Below, piece by piece: positions 1-14,300 of a stretch of DNA of 64,000 bases. The notes beneath the pieces were generated by a model that did not search any database, was not told the DNA's origin, and was given only the letters and a program-made list of their open reading frames with translations. Both the position numbers and the translations under genes were made by a program. This stretch comes from Styela clava. Its lineage: Eukaryota. Positions within the stretch are counted from its first letter, which is position 1; every line of letters begins with the position of its first letter. The DNA is taken from positions 9,982,001 through 10,046,000 of the forward strand of contig NC_135264.1 in assembly GCF_964204865.1 (NCBI RefSeq). The letters run 5' to 3'.

Positions 1-604
1 TAAACGACGTATATATTCCTGTTAAATCTACGGGCACGAAGCAAACGGTCATCAGTCAATTAACATTTCCCAGTATATTTTGTCAGTGATGTTTTTTCTT
101 GGTAAAAAATCTACAGACCCGACATAATTTGACTCCATGGTTCTTCATTGGTCATCTTGTTTCCTGTCTCCTGACAAGTAAAATGACCTTACTATAAAGA
201 TGCACTCTGGGACTTTGGCATTTCTCTATTCTCGGAAATAAATTTGTTGATACCAAGAAGCTTGTGCAAAAACTATGTAGTATTTTTTTGGCAGCAACTA
301 GAGTATACTTGGCCATTATGGAATAAAAAATACGTAGCTCATAAAGAAATGTAAACTCTTTTTCATTATGATTTCGTATTCTTTCAGAAATCTATATATT
401 TCAAGTTTTAAAAATAGGAAGAAGTGTTCTGAGACTAGTTTTAGGATTTGAAGCTGAAATAAGCAAATAAAGATTATCAACACGGGAATTCGGGTTCGCG
501 CTTCAAAAAGCGAAAGCGTTTCCAACTGTTTAGCTTTACCTTAATATTACAAAAGTATCATCATAAAAACTGCCAACTACATTGAACATTTCTTTCAATA
601 ACAG

Positions 605-3600
605 GCAAAAAATGGCGCGAGATGTCAGTCGAAGAGAAAAGTCCCTACGTCGGAGAAGCTGAGAAATTGAGACTTAAACATATGGAGGAACATCCTGACT
701 ATAAATACAGACCAAGAAGACGAAAGGTTTGTCACTCATCGTTTTTTTTATATATACCATTATTCAATTTCCACCCGAATGCCATTCAATGAAGTGTATT
801 AAGCAGGTGCACATTAAAAGACTTTATACATTAATAATATACAAGCACTGGTATACTAGCTATATTATTACGCTCCATGAACGATGTTTTGGATAATTTG
901 TGTCACGTGATTCCGATCAGATCATTTAATTAGATAAAGTCATTAAAATTACTGATCTCATCATATAAGCGACCATAAAGCGATTCTGATAATGCTCTGA
1001 TGCGTCTTCTGCGAAAGACCGTCAATATGTAACTGGAGTATTTCCTAGATGGGTTTATTTCCTGATAGTATCATTTGCTCCAATTGTATTTAACCCTTTG
1101 TCTTCTAATCGATGACTTACAGGCAAGTACGTGTTAGTGTAATCCAGTTTGAACCGCTAGAGTGTGTGTGTATACGGTTAATTTTGATATTGCCATTGCC
1201 AGAATATTGTGTGCGGCTTGATTGGACTGATTATCCTGAGCGATTTCCGAAAGATATAATATAATAACGGTATAGTGTAGCCATTAATAAGCTAGAAAGA
1301 ATGCCGATATACAAAATTAAAGAATCATTCGATGTCTCTTAGAATAAAATGATTCAAAGCATAAATCACTTTTTTCAACAACGATAAAGAGTCGAAAAGG
1401 TTCTAACCAACTCCCAATCAGGACTGCGGTTGATATTTTGACTACGACTCCGGTTTATGAAAAATTCTACTTGATTGAAATATTCAAATTGCGACTCAGT
1501 TTGCAAGCTTTTTTAGTCTTGATTGAATTTTTTTTCTTAATTTTTGAATATTTCGTTAGCAGGAACAGAAGGCCAAGAAAGGAAAAGAGGATTCAGTCCT
1601 AGATAAACAGCTGGATGCAAATGGAATTCCAGTAGAAAGGTATTTAAAATTTAACTTCTCATTTTCAAAATTGAACACCGATTCGCCTTTATACTATTGT
1701 ACCTATATGGCTATTGTAGACTTCGTCCGCTAAGCGAACGATAATTTATAGGGGTTATAATGGTTAATCGAATTTGGATTGCTAACTGTTATAATTAATT
1801 TTGGTCTATTGCCGTCATCCTGAAAGTATTGACATATATACATTGAATTCAAATAGAAATTATTTTGCCTCGAATTTATCACCTCATTTTGTGAATACCA
1901 ATTAATGTAAAAATCTCAAAATACTGCTGGTAATCGTAATAAAGCAGTGAAAGAATAAAATTACAAAATTTCTATGATCTGCCATTGAATACTATTCAAT
2001 TTTTCGTTTGTAGGAATGAAATCATGTTAATATTCGTGGTTAACGCTCCGAATTTACAATTTCGGCGGTTATCCGGTCAAATATGTCTGGTTAACGGGTA
2101 CAACGTTTTGGCAAAAATTCCCAACCCAGTTAATTCACTTTTTCAACGCAACGAAAAAAAATATACTTCTTGGTGACAGATTTTCGAAGATAGGATTAGG
2201 ATAAATAAGACTTGATGACGTGTTCTGAGTTAAGATAGATACTAAACTTTAAGATTTAGAGAAAAATATTGCATACGTATATAAAATGGATGTTAATTTA
2301 ATAATGGCGCGAATGAAATCAACCCAGAAAGAAATGCAATCCCAAATAGGGTAATATTCGACATTAGAAATAAAGAAATATTTATTTGAATAGATTTTTC
2401 ATGCATGCACAAAAGTGTTATATTTCTGAATTTATTAAATATTATTAATGATTAATTATATACCGGCGTTAAACAAATATAACATTACAGTTTTGGGTTG
2501 AATTTTCATTCAAATAATTTTTGTTCCTAGTACTATGACACTGGAAAGAATGGGCGAAAAGAAATCTTTGGGGGGAATTGTGCAGTCTGGTCTCGGAGGT
2601 TTGTCGACTAAAAGTTATGAGTATACAGATACGATGCCAACCTTTTTTCCCTCGACTACCCTAGCTGGAAATAAACGAAGTAGTACAAACAACAACAACA
2701 GACATGATTCGAAAATGATCAAAACTGAGAATGGCGTTTCTTATAGCAGTGATACCCTGTTTTCGACAAAATTTGGGTCGAAGATATTAGGTAACAAATA
2801 CAATGAATTGGGAAAAGACACCCTGACTGGATCTACAGAATTGAGCTCGCATCTGGATGGATTGTCTTCGTTCAGGCGGAGGAAATCTACCAGAATTCCT
2901 AACGTTGTAATAGGTGGAGCCAATACCTACGATACCAGTCCCATCAATTCAGCCGGTGTCGGATATTCGCATTATGGATTGAACTATCAGACCGATTTTT
3001 CGGGCACGCCAGATTGCTCGTACGGTAAAGGACTTTCTAGCCTTCCATTGGCATCTTCAAGCACGTATCATCCGTTCCATGATTACATTATGACGTCATC
3101 ATCTCCGAATACTATTCCATCAGCTTATCAATCGTCAAATTATTACAACTCAAAACTTTCAAATTCGTATTTAAACAACGGATCATCCGCTTACTATTCA
3201 ACGTTAACAACACCTTCAGCGGAAAGTTATTATGCACGTACAAGTGATTATGCGTACGGTATACAAAATGGCGGACTACCAAGCCCTACTATGTCTCCAC
3301 CGTTTGACATGACAAGCTACAACCAATCAGAAGCGTACAGAAATTCTTCTATTGAAACGACTTCCCTTAGTGCTGTCGGTTCCGGGTTACAGTATAGATC
3401 AGGCAGTGGTAGCTTCTCTGATAGCACGCATTCACCGCATTATGATGATTTGAGAAACCCATTTCGCAACGCACCTTTCCAAAAACGTGACGACCAAACA
3501 TCAAGTTCAACCAGCCATTTAAATTCAGTCGTTTCACCAAATGCAGGATCAAGTTTTTGCATTGGGAATTCAAACCTTCTATTAAAAAATTCTAATTTTT

Positions 3601-4070
3601 ATCCAACTGGAAGCAAAAATAACAGTACCGGATACACCGGATTCATGAACAGCACCATAACCAACGTTACTACCAGCGTGCCCCCGACTCCGGATTCTTT
3701 ACCACAACATTCACCCACCGGATATCAAACCGATTGGAAACAAAGATCTTCCGATGGAGTATTTACTCTCAGTGATGCACCACCACCGCTTAATTCAACA
3801 ACAGATACCTTTTCTGCAACGAAGGAATCCAATTATGATCGTATGCAACAAAATAGCCTACAATTTTTCTCAAAAGGCAAGGGAACAGAAGCCCAGCCGC
3901 CTCCATTAGTTTCAGCAGACAATTCATCTTTTTACCATCAAACGAATGGTGTTGCAAACGGAGTTCCAAGCGTGCCGAATGCGTTTGCCAGTCAAATTCA
4001 GAGTTTCGTAGACTACACTGGATCGACTGATCAGCAACAGGACACGTACTCATCCTCGTATGCACCATAA
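605..4070 (+). CDS. SoxF: SoxF-group (Sox7/17/18-like) HMG-box transcription factor, 3' part; 5' exons lie upstream of the window
   Basis: Exon 605-726 encodes [41 protein letters not shown], the second half of a Sox HMG box; GKKWR, YRPRRRK and the intron within the Gly codon fit SoxF. Exon 1560-1639 ([12 protein letters not shown]...) and exon 2531-4070 (S/T/Y-rich tail with LPSPTMSP) join in consistent phase with GT-AG sites. Confidence 0.85.
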
Positions 4071-7000
4071 TATAAACATGTTAACGATTCCTTGGGACTC
4101 AATAGTGCAATGTTCTTACGCAACTAGTTGACAAGTTCATACATGCAAATTCAATAATTCAGCTTCTGAAATGGCTTATTTTTAAGAGCTAAATAAACTC
4201 GACATTTTTTCAGTTTGTGGCTGAAATAAAAAAAAAATAATGTCGACAATATGTTTTTTATTAAGCAAAAAAATATTTATTCAAGACTTATTTTCAGAAA
4301 TTCTTTATTCTTTTTTTTAATTTTATTTTTTGAAATGTCAGCTGTTTATTTTTATCACATTGCCATATTGTCAACATGAGACAAAATTGTAACAGCAATT
4401 TCACAAGGGTTGTTGAACTAGTTTTATAAGTTCATAAAGGTTTTTGATAATACAAATAATATAGAACTGTAATAACTATAATCTTCACAGAGGTGACTAG
4501 TATCATAGTAAATGAACTCTGAATAATAGTGGCTTTACAATTTTTTTCAAATTTGACAACAATGTCCATAACTTAGACTGCTAATCCGAATACCTGATGA
4601 TTGCAGGATCGCATCGAATATTTTTTCGAATCGAATCTCGACTACTTGGACGATATGTAATTGTATGCGACTTTTTTATTGTGATGTGTTCCAGACACAT
4701 AAATTACTGAATACATAGAATCCACTACCTAGACTATTCACTGTGTGTTCACACACAAAGAGGAACATGGTTTATTAATAACTCAATCGGACGAAAATAT
4801 CCATTTGTTAAAATTACCTTTTGCAAAAATAGCTTCAATAAAAACCCGAGGGATTCACTGCGGACCTTTGGCTGACAAAAAAAAAAGATGGCGGCGATTC
4901 GAAATTTTCGTTTGAACTGATTCGAATAATTTACTATTTGATTTGAAATACCCAGCCGTAATTATGACATGCAATCTTATAAAATATTCAGTTATTAACG
5001 GTAACACAATATGAAATGTTCTTATTTATATGTGTATACTTTTGCCCCTTTCAATGAAGACCCCGCATAACGCAACACTGATGAATTTCACGTTAGTCGT
5101 AATTGATCATATATTCAAACAGCAAGCACTGTACAAACAAGTTTTTAAGAGTAATTTTTATCCGTAGCAGTTCAATGCACGGAGTTACTGCTAATTTTTA
5201 TCCCACTGTTTGGCTGTGCTTTATACCAGTTCTCGTACGTTTTTTAATACATGTTTCTGTTTTCCGTTTTTTTGTTTTGTTCATTTTTAAGTGCAAATGC
5301 ATTGTTATTCGCTATATTCGAGAAAACACGAGATTACGTCGTAGAATAGATTTTATCATTTTTTTTAATTATTTGCATCATTCTGTTTTAATTTTTTCAT
5401 GTTTTCGCGTTCACTGCCGAAATGACCATTATTGGGCCAAAGTCAACATTATTATTCTTTTTGTATTCAAACCAATCATACATACAATATTACGAACTAT
5501 TTCTTTCAAAAAATGTGAAAAACATACTCGAAAATATAAATTTCACGTATTTTCAAGCATATTTTACATATTTTTTAATGAAAATATCGAAGTGCCATTT
5601 TGCAAGTACTGAAATTTTCATCGTTTTGCAGCATCAAAATATCGCTTTTTCGTTAAAGTAAATGTGTAATCAACATCATCTTTTATTCTGCCAGCACAAA
5701 AAATGTCTGAATTAAATAAAAATGAAATTCAAGACCAAATTGGTGCTTATTTGAAGAAAGTTAGAAGTCATAACGCAACCCTGAATTTGTTTGAAAAAAA
5801 TAATCTATTTTCCACCAAAATTTTTTTTGGGTAATACAATTTTGATTCAATGTTCTTTTGCCATTTGATTTCTTTTTTCTCTTCTTAAATGCATATTTTA
5901 GCAGAAATGAATTTGACTTTGCATCTTGCTAATAAATTTATGCTTAGAAATTCGTCATATTGTTGTTCTATCAGAATATCAGGAAAACTGGAAATTTTAC
6001 AGCAATAAAGCTACAACATAGTCGTCAAGCAACAGAGAACCATGCCCTATATCTGCAAAAAATGACGACTGGTTTCATTGATATACTTATTGTTTAGAAA
6101 GAGATGGTTTCAACTTTTGAATATCTTTTAGAAGGTCAGAATATATTGATCAATTATCTATTTTGATTTACTATAATAATTGTATTTTGCCATATCGTTG
6201 CCTGTTTGTTTTGAGCCTTGTTTAGAGCGAAAGTGAGAAAATTTCCATGAAAACATTTTATTAAAAAGTCTATTGCATTATTACGGCACGTCATCACGGT
6301 TAGATGGTATTTTTTTTAATATGGAACTGTATACTATATACTTTGCAGAAGAACGATCACCAGTACATAGTATAAAGCGATAAAATAACTTTGACTGGCT
6401 GAGATACACTGTGTTAATAAACGATTAACACCCAATGTCTCAGTTTTATACCTATTGTCCAGTACAGTCTTCAAATATCATTGAATATTATGCATTAAAA
6501 CAATTTCATCGAAGTGAAAATGTTTCTAAAAGTTTCTTAATTGAAGAGGTCACTTTGGGTTTTCTTTTACCCCTCCCTTCATCCACCCACAATATATATT
6601 TACATAGTTTTATATTCGAGAGTTAAAATTTTTGAAACCCGATCTTTTCGTCCCAATCAAGGAAGGCAATTTGCATAATTATAGAAGATAGAAGAAGAAC
6701 AAAACAGGACGTAAGTTCATCTTACAATAAGATTATCAATCACTGTCAGAATTTATACCGTGTGTTTAAGACAGGCCCAAAGAAAAATAACACACTAAAC
6801 ATGCGCTTTTTCCATGGTAAAAAGCATTTTCTTAAAAATTGCTTTAATTATACCAAGACAGTAATTATTGCAGTTATCGAAACCCCGTTTTGAAAGTGGA
6901 AAATGATAAAACATCATGGTGGATGAAACGAGTATCATTTGCTTGTCATTCAAAACAAATTGAAAGATACAGCGACGTAATGGTTTTCAGTGACGTCATA

Positions 7001-10000
7001 AAATATTTTCATACAAAAAGTTAAATCAGCAATACATTAGACATCTACCCAAATTTTATGCTAATTGAATACCTATACTTTCAATTAAAAAATCTGTGCA
7101 TGCAGAATATCTTTTGTTGTTTGAAAATTGAAAGCGTCAGGAAAACTCTATTCAATGATTCTTGTATGCAGCTCATGTTCATTCAAGAGATTGTTGAATA
7201 TGATGATGCAAGCGATTTCTAGAACAATTTAGAAGAATCAGTACTGAATGTATAATGTTGATAGGCTATGGTATTTTAAAATGCCTAATACCTATGTTTT
7301 GTTCATATACTTTTTACATTCTGCGTCTCCAGTTTTAAAATTTTCCACACTCCATACTTTACACACATAAATCTTCTTCATGTTTCAACGAATTCTTGTT
7401 CAGAGCCAATTTTCATAAAAGAAATTGAAAAAACTTCACTAATGCGTAGGGAAGTAAATCTTGTAACACGACTTTTAAGGGAGGGAATTTCGATGCCGGA
7501 AAGGGTAAAAACGTTCCTCGGTCTAAATTTGAATGGAATTTTCCTCCGATGCAATTTCAATACCAGGAAACTAAAAGTGACGCAGAAGTCAGGGAGCAAA
7601 CTTTTCCTTGTTCTAAAAGGAAAAAAGATATATATAGCAACCACATCATGTTAAAATGTTTTACTTCTAGTATACAAGGTTTTTTAATTTGCTAACGTGA
7701 CAATTTTCACTTCCATATTTTAAAGCTCTCTGACGTGTGTATAACGACTTGGAATTTTATACAATTGAAAACGTAAGCTTTAAAACGACCCTGCTTTTCT
7801 GTCAGTATAGAACTAGAAAACGAAATTGGACCTATGTATATCGATATTTATATATTCACATACAAAATATTATTCATTACAAATTAAAAAATAGAGGATT
7901 CATGAATCTCTTAAACGTTGGTTCGTCGTCTGCTTATTGTAGATAGCCATCTTTAAGTTTTAGAAGTTAAACTGACATGCGAAAAAAATAAAGATAATTA
8001 TACGTGTTTCACTTCGTTTAATCAGAGTATCCCATGTATGCACTAAGTAATTTTGGGTTTGTTTTCAACGGTGCAACTGTTGCTCGGATATATTATGATT
8101 GTGTTTATGGTGACATACACCCTTAATTCGGTTCCCTTTCCCAATTTTGTTTCAGTTGGCAAACGATTGACTTTTTATCTCTGAATAGAATTATTTGCTT
8201 TTGACCCCATTTCGTACCTTGATGAAACAGCACAGACATATGTGTTTTATCATTAGATAGAAGTAAAAAGCAATAAACAGGTTATAGTTTAGGTAAAAAA
8301 AAACTCCTTAACCCATCATCATTCTAAAATAACCTAAAATTGCATATTTAGCCAAGAATATAATTAGCATATTCAAATATACAATTAGTTTTGGAAGATT
8401 AAGGTTTATGCTTCAATTACAAATACTCATTGTTGATTTTTCCTGTTAATAATGCCAAACAATCCTACAGTCATAAAATAAAATACGAAATGGTGACCAT
8501 ACTCGTTGGACTACAATTGAGAAGTTTACAATTGCATATACATAAAGAATGCTATATAAAAGAATCTCAAGTATAACAAAAATAAATTTTATTAGTTTCA
8601 TTTTTTGTATATAATATAGTTCATGATCCACTTTAGAAGCTAAAACGATTCTCACAGAGAAAGCGCAGATTAGCTGTGCAGTTAGTGTTACTGAGAAATA
8701 TGTTTATTCAGCTAGCACGTCTATTTCAAATTTTTAAAAAGAATTGAAAATGGGTGTAGGGCACCTTCTAGCGGGACCGCCAAATTGCATTCTGAACACC
8801 TCAGAGCGCTGCAGATTTATAAAAGGTGAAAGAATTAGTAAAAATTGATTCACTTGTTTATAGTTTACTCGGCTGTTTAATTGTCCTTTTACTTTGGCTT
8901 TTTATTAGATTAGTTTATAAAACATAAATAACCAATATTCGTCACTGTAGCTAACAAGTGATTCTTATATTAATAACAGAACAAAAGTTGACTTATTACT
9001 CAAACCGTGTTAAATTTGGGTTGTGCAATCACCTTTGTAAATAACAACATAGTCTTTCGCATGTAGACTTAAATATTGCCAGATGGGCGATTACAAGCAT
9101 AGATAGTTTGGTGAACCTCGTTAACTGATTAAATCAATATTTACCTGCGGATGTTTTAGCAAATTCCTGATGACTTTGCGGATTTCATTAAATTAAAATA
9201 CAAAATCTTAACTGGAGTAGGGGTTACGGGTTATAATGAATACGGTTACTTAGTTCTGAGTCCTTTTGACGAGTATTTTAATTAGCGACTAGATTAAACA
9301 AAATGAAAAGTGAAAGTCCCAAGAAATTATTGAAATGCCATAGACTACTAGGAAAACATACAGAATTAAGGCCGTATCATAAGAACAAGCAACGATGCAG
9401 TTTAATTTTGTATGACCAGAAACGCCCATTGTTATCTCACTTATTGGAATTGTAAAAATTGTACGGACTTAACTTAGGGCAAAATACGGCTATGTGTTCA
9501 GATATGATTCGCCCAATTAACGTTAATGCCAAGTAACTTGGATGAAAACGGGATTCTATCTATTGTATTATTACAGAAAATCCTGGATATTACACATTTG
9601 ACTAAACCTTTACAGTATCTGAATAACTCGACAAGTTTTTTATTCTAAACTTTCAACTTTTTGCCTATAATACTTTTTTCCGGCACCGTTCGTATAACCC
9701 CCTTTGGCAAATATAACCCGAACCCAAATTTATCAACATTATTTACAGTAGTGTCACGGGAGTATATTTGTTAACAATTACGTAGCGTCGCGCCCTTCTT
9801 AAATTAGACAAAGTAACAATGTGTTGCTCAGAAACAATTGTTGAAATAGTTGTTAATCATTGAAATGATCAAGAGGAAACAGCAATGGCAGACGTTTAAA
9901 AAGTAGTAAATATTCTTAATAGACTATAAGCTCATGCTTGGAAATAGGGTGAAATGCAGAAGCGCTAAATTTAGATTATTTCAACAGCGAGGTATGTCTG

Positions 10001-10345
10001 CATGCAATAACCTCACTCGGACAATATTCTAATACTGAGAGATTAATTTTAGAGATAAACAGAAACGTATTATGTAACTTTTCGAGATGTTTCATTCTAT
10101 AGTTGCCAAGCATATAGGTATAAAGCATTTTGTGCGATCAAATAGTCAAATCAAAGTGCTTCAAGCGAAAAGTTTTGAATTAGGATGGGTAAAAATCTAT
10201 AGACCAGTAGCTAGAGTAAGCACATGAGGCGCAATTCACAGTGAAGATGGGCACGATGTACGATTTGTTTGAGCATTAGACTTATGCATTACTGCAACAG
10301 TATGTAGTATGCATGTCGTCTCCAATTTCCTACATGTTCAGTTAT

Positions 10346-10825
10346 TTACAAATCTCCGTGTGATGACGAAAGCGAAGAAGTTTCGCAAATGATAGATGAC
10401 GAAGGTGCTTTGACAATACTTCCATTTTCTGTACCAGAGGTTAGATTTCCGTTTCGAGGTTTTGGAATTGGAGCCGGCGAGGATTTCGCAATCTTTACTG
10501 GTTTGGACTCCACGAAACGCTCAGTTTCGGCTTCATCAATTACGCTGGTAGATTGCGTAGCTCCGTTATTTGAGAGACTGACACGCATCATCTTTTGTTT
10601 CTTGTACGTTTGTCTTTTCTCATGATCCGCCTCGATTTCCTTCATTTTTCTTGGTATTCTGCACTTACAAACGCAGCAAAATCCAACCGTAATAATGATA
10701 AGTCCAGTCAAAACCATTGCAACGATTTGCCAAAGTCGAAGACCCCAAAGCAAGACAGTTTCGCTGCCAATAGTTTCACGATTTCTCTTTGCTCGCATAT
10801 ACTCTTCATACGATCCCATAGTCAT
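10346..10825 (-). CDS. TMIE: TMIE-like single-pass membrane protein (159 aa)
   Basis: ETVLLWGLRLWQIVAMVLTGLIIITVGFCCVCKCRIPRKMKEIEA matches the TMIE core as I recall it (ETVVFWDMRLWH...CCVFNCRVPRTRKEIEA). Uninterrupted ORF with an in-frame TAA immediately before the ATG. Confidence 0.85.
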   Translation of the reverse strand: MTMGSYEEYMRAKRNRETIGSETVLLWGLRLWQIVAMVLTGLIIITVGFCCVCKCRIPRKMKEIEADHEKRQTYKKQKMMRVSLSNNGATQSTSVIDEAETERFVESKPVKIAKSSPAPIPKPRNGNLTSGTENGSIVKAPSSSIICETSSLSSSHGDL

Positions 10826-11347
10826 TTATTGCAACCGTGTAAAACGTCAACCACAGACTATATGTTAGCAAAAATCGAACTTGTTATTTGGCTAAAACAT
10901 CGATTTTATTGGTGTGAAATGGTTCTCGTGAATTAATATTGATTTACACTTGAAGAATGCCTAATTACCTTATGTAATATTGATTTATCATCTTATTAAC
11001 AATACCATGATATTTGTTGGGACTGTTCCAGAGTGTTTCACAAATGTTATTCAATAAGAAGCGCAATCTCGAGCTTGTTTCGAAACATCTTTTTGAAATA
11101 CTTCATAATACCAAACAGTCACATGTATAAGATAATACACCTGATTCCCCCAATAAATATTCATGTTATATCGGTAAGTATAAATATTATAAGCTGTGAT
11201 GTGTTGGTAACTTGGCATTACTTGTCATTTCAAAAATCATCCAATTTTATCTGATATATATTACAGCTTTTAAATTAACACTAATCAGTTTTCTAAAAGG
11301 AATGACATACAATATTGATAGATAGACCAATATAATATACAGACGCC

Positions 11348-14300
11348 ATGGAAGACGATGAATTACTCAAAAAACTTCGAAGAAAGATTCATACATATTT
11401 CTACATATTATTAATCGGAATGGTTTTATCTTTTTCGTCAATGGTCGCATTGCAAACTCTGCAGACAAGCATTAATATAGAAGGAAATGTTGGTAAGTGC
11501 TTATGCGGTTTTGCACCAAGTTGTTTGGTTCTCACTAAGATGAGTATAAGGCATACTATTGATGTGAATGTACTGTACTGTAGGGTTAAAATAAATCTAT
11601 GGTAAACCAAACATTTTGCGACGATATTAAATTGTATAAATCACATACTTGAGCAATTTTTATACCAATTAATATAATTATGAATTATATCATTTCAATT
11701 TTTTGATTTAAAAAGTTATGAAGTGTTGGAAAAATTGGTTCCAAATTAGGGTCTGAACAAGCAACCACTAATTTGCAGGTAGCTGCTATTGATCGGCATT
11801 AGAGCAGGATCTGCGGTGCTCACGTATAGTTGGATATCGCTTACTACGCACTTGACCAGCGCGCCTACATTACAATAGCAGATCAGTATTTTAATATAGC
11901 TCATACATCCTCTGTATATATTTTTTCCAGGTGCAATCGCCCTTACATCTGCCTACCTCGGATCAGTATTATATAGCATTTTTGTAGCTCCGATCACAAT
12001 GCGTAGGTTTGGACCTGGACTCAACCTTGTTTTGTCAGATCTTTCATATTTTATATACTGCATTTCTAATTTCTATCCAGGTAAGAGATCGTTTTACAAA
12101 AACTACAATTTTCATATCATAATTTATTATGCTTCTAAATATACACATATTTCTTCTCTCCTTTCAGAGATTTACATCCTTGTCCCAGGAGCCATCATAA
12201 GTTGTGTGGCAAGGGCTATGTTGCTGCCATCAACAGCTATTGCGTGTTTCCAACTTGCAGAGCAGTTTTGCAGATGTGCATCGCAATCTGAGGAAGTGTA
12301 TATAAATCGATTCCAAAGCAGATATGTTGGTATATTTAGCACCGTTTCGGTACGTCAAATCATTATCTTCTTCTAAAAAAGAGGCACATAAATCAACTAG
12401 TTTTGAACATTAGATATTTGAGTATGAAATGGCGAACATGGGCAAAGAGCTGTGTATATAGAAATCGGTACGGATGCTGGAAGCTCATACTGATTGTGAA
12501 GTTTGGGTTGTTATAGACGTGATGATCTTTGCGACAGGATGCTGTGCAATTGCGGATGTATTCATCGATGTCGCAAAAATTCACTAGATCTGAAGTTAGA
12601 CACAGAAATGGTGAATCAAGATACCCCTCGGGAGGAAGACAATAATAATTCTAAGATGAGTCACTTCAATGTGACGTCATTTACATTCATTCGAAAACTA
12701 AATAATCATTCTGTCAATTAGCAGATATAATAATTCTACATCGCAAGAATAATTGTAATTCTACGCCTATGAGACTAAGAACAGTTTTACAGTATCAACA
12801 TCGTTTCAGATCATTGGAAACGGAATATCATTTGCCGCGTTGTCAGGAGGTCAATCGAGTTCCAGTCCAACAACAGGCCCTGACGTAACTTCCGGACCTC
12901 TGAACACCACTGTATTTTGGGGCACTACAACACCATCACCTTTTGTAAACCACAGCCAGTATTATTACTGTGGTAAAAACGATTGCCAGGATCCTGCCGT
13001 TGTAAGCGAAAGCATACATCAATACGTTCCTCCAGATAAAAGAAGCACATATATTCTAGTTTCGACGGCGTCCGCCATATGTGTTATCGCGGTTATTATG
13101 CACGCTTTCATTTATCCCGGAATTGGGAAATTTGGAAACAAGTTACGCGATCTTGATAAACAAACTTCCCAAATAGTAAAGCCTAAGAAAACATCCAAAG
13201 GTACAAAAGTTCCAGGAGAGGGTAGCGAAGTGAAGGAAAATGGACATCTTTCGAGAGAGACAAATACACAAACAAACGGCACAGTTAAAGCAGGGCAAGA
13301 TAACTTCACTTTTGAACCAGATATGGAAAATAATAACAAGTTGGATGATCGTGAACAAAATACTAAGAATTCTTCAAACTATAGATCTAAAAGTGAACTT
13401 TCGGAAGAAGATATACAAGAGAATTTGTCAAAAACCAAGGTAAATTAAGTAAGTCATCATTTTTAACCAAATTTATTTGATAGTTTTGAGTAATATTCCA
13501 TAAAAAAATTGTGAAATCACTTTTCAAACGTATATACTAATACTGCATGCAATTGCGTTATTTATATATATATATTTCAAGCTTGGTTCGATTGAAATAG
13601 TGGTCGCCAAATGGACTTTTACTAGAATTTTGAAAGTTTATATTTAATAAAATTTAATTCTTTGAAACTACTTGAAGTATTTGAAAAATTAAACATAGAT
13701 TATGTTATTTATGTAACAAAATGACAATGAAACTATAGATAAAGCGACTAAACATCGTGCGTTATCGGCGTGAATGATCATTTTTGTGACCGGAATCTTC
13801 TTATTTTCAAATCAGAATCAAGATGGATATTTAACGACGCTTAAGAAAACCGGAAAGTTTCTTATTCGACCTCAAGCAATCTTGATTGGATTTACACCCA
13901 TAAGAAATGGATTATTGATAGGATTCATTTTTGCTGATGTTACAAGGGCTTATGCTTCGTGCGTTGCTGGTGTGCAAATGGTAAAGTTTCTTTGTACTTC
14001 ATTAATAGACCAAAAATTGAGCACGAAGAACGTCACCAGAATACCTCAAAATTCAATGAAATTTGGGAAGCGTTTAACCAGTTTATAAAAATATATATAC
14101 TTTAGATTTTTGGAACATATATTTTGTGTATTAGGCTACCCGACAATGACTTCTAAGCAATTGCTTGTATTACTGAAAAAAGTATCGTAACCAAATAGCA
14201 TTTTTCCAAAAAAAAATTTCAATTTCAATTTTTTTCAAGCATCAGATGGGGTTTTCATATTTTTTGTTTATTTAGACTGGTCTCATTGCTTTGACATTTG

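Noticed and set aside
5103-5661. 169 aa and 79 aa ORFs
   Set aside because: Non-ATG start for the longer one, F/I-rich AT-driven composition, no recognisable domain; probably SoxF 3' UTR or flank.
7378-7654. Overlapping ORFs on both strands with an acceptor-like site
   Set aside because: No recognisable domain and no partner exons could be joined.
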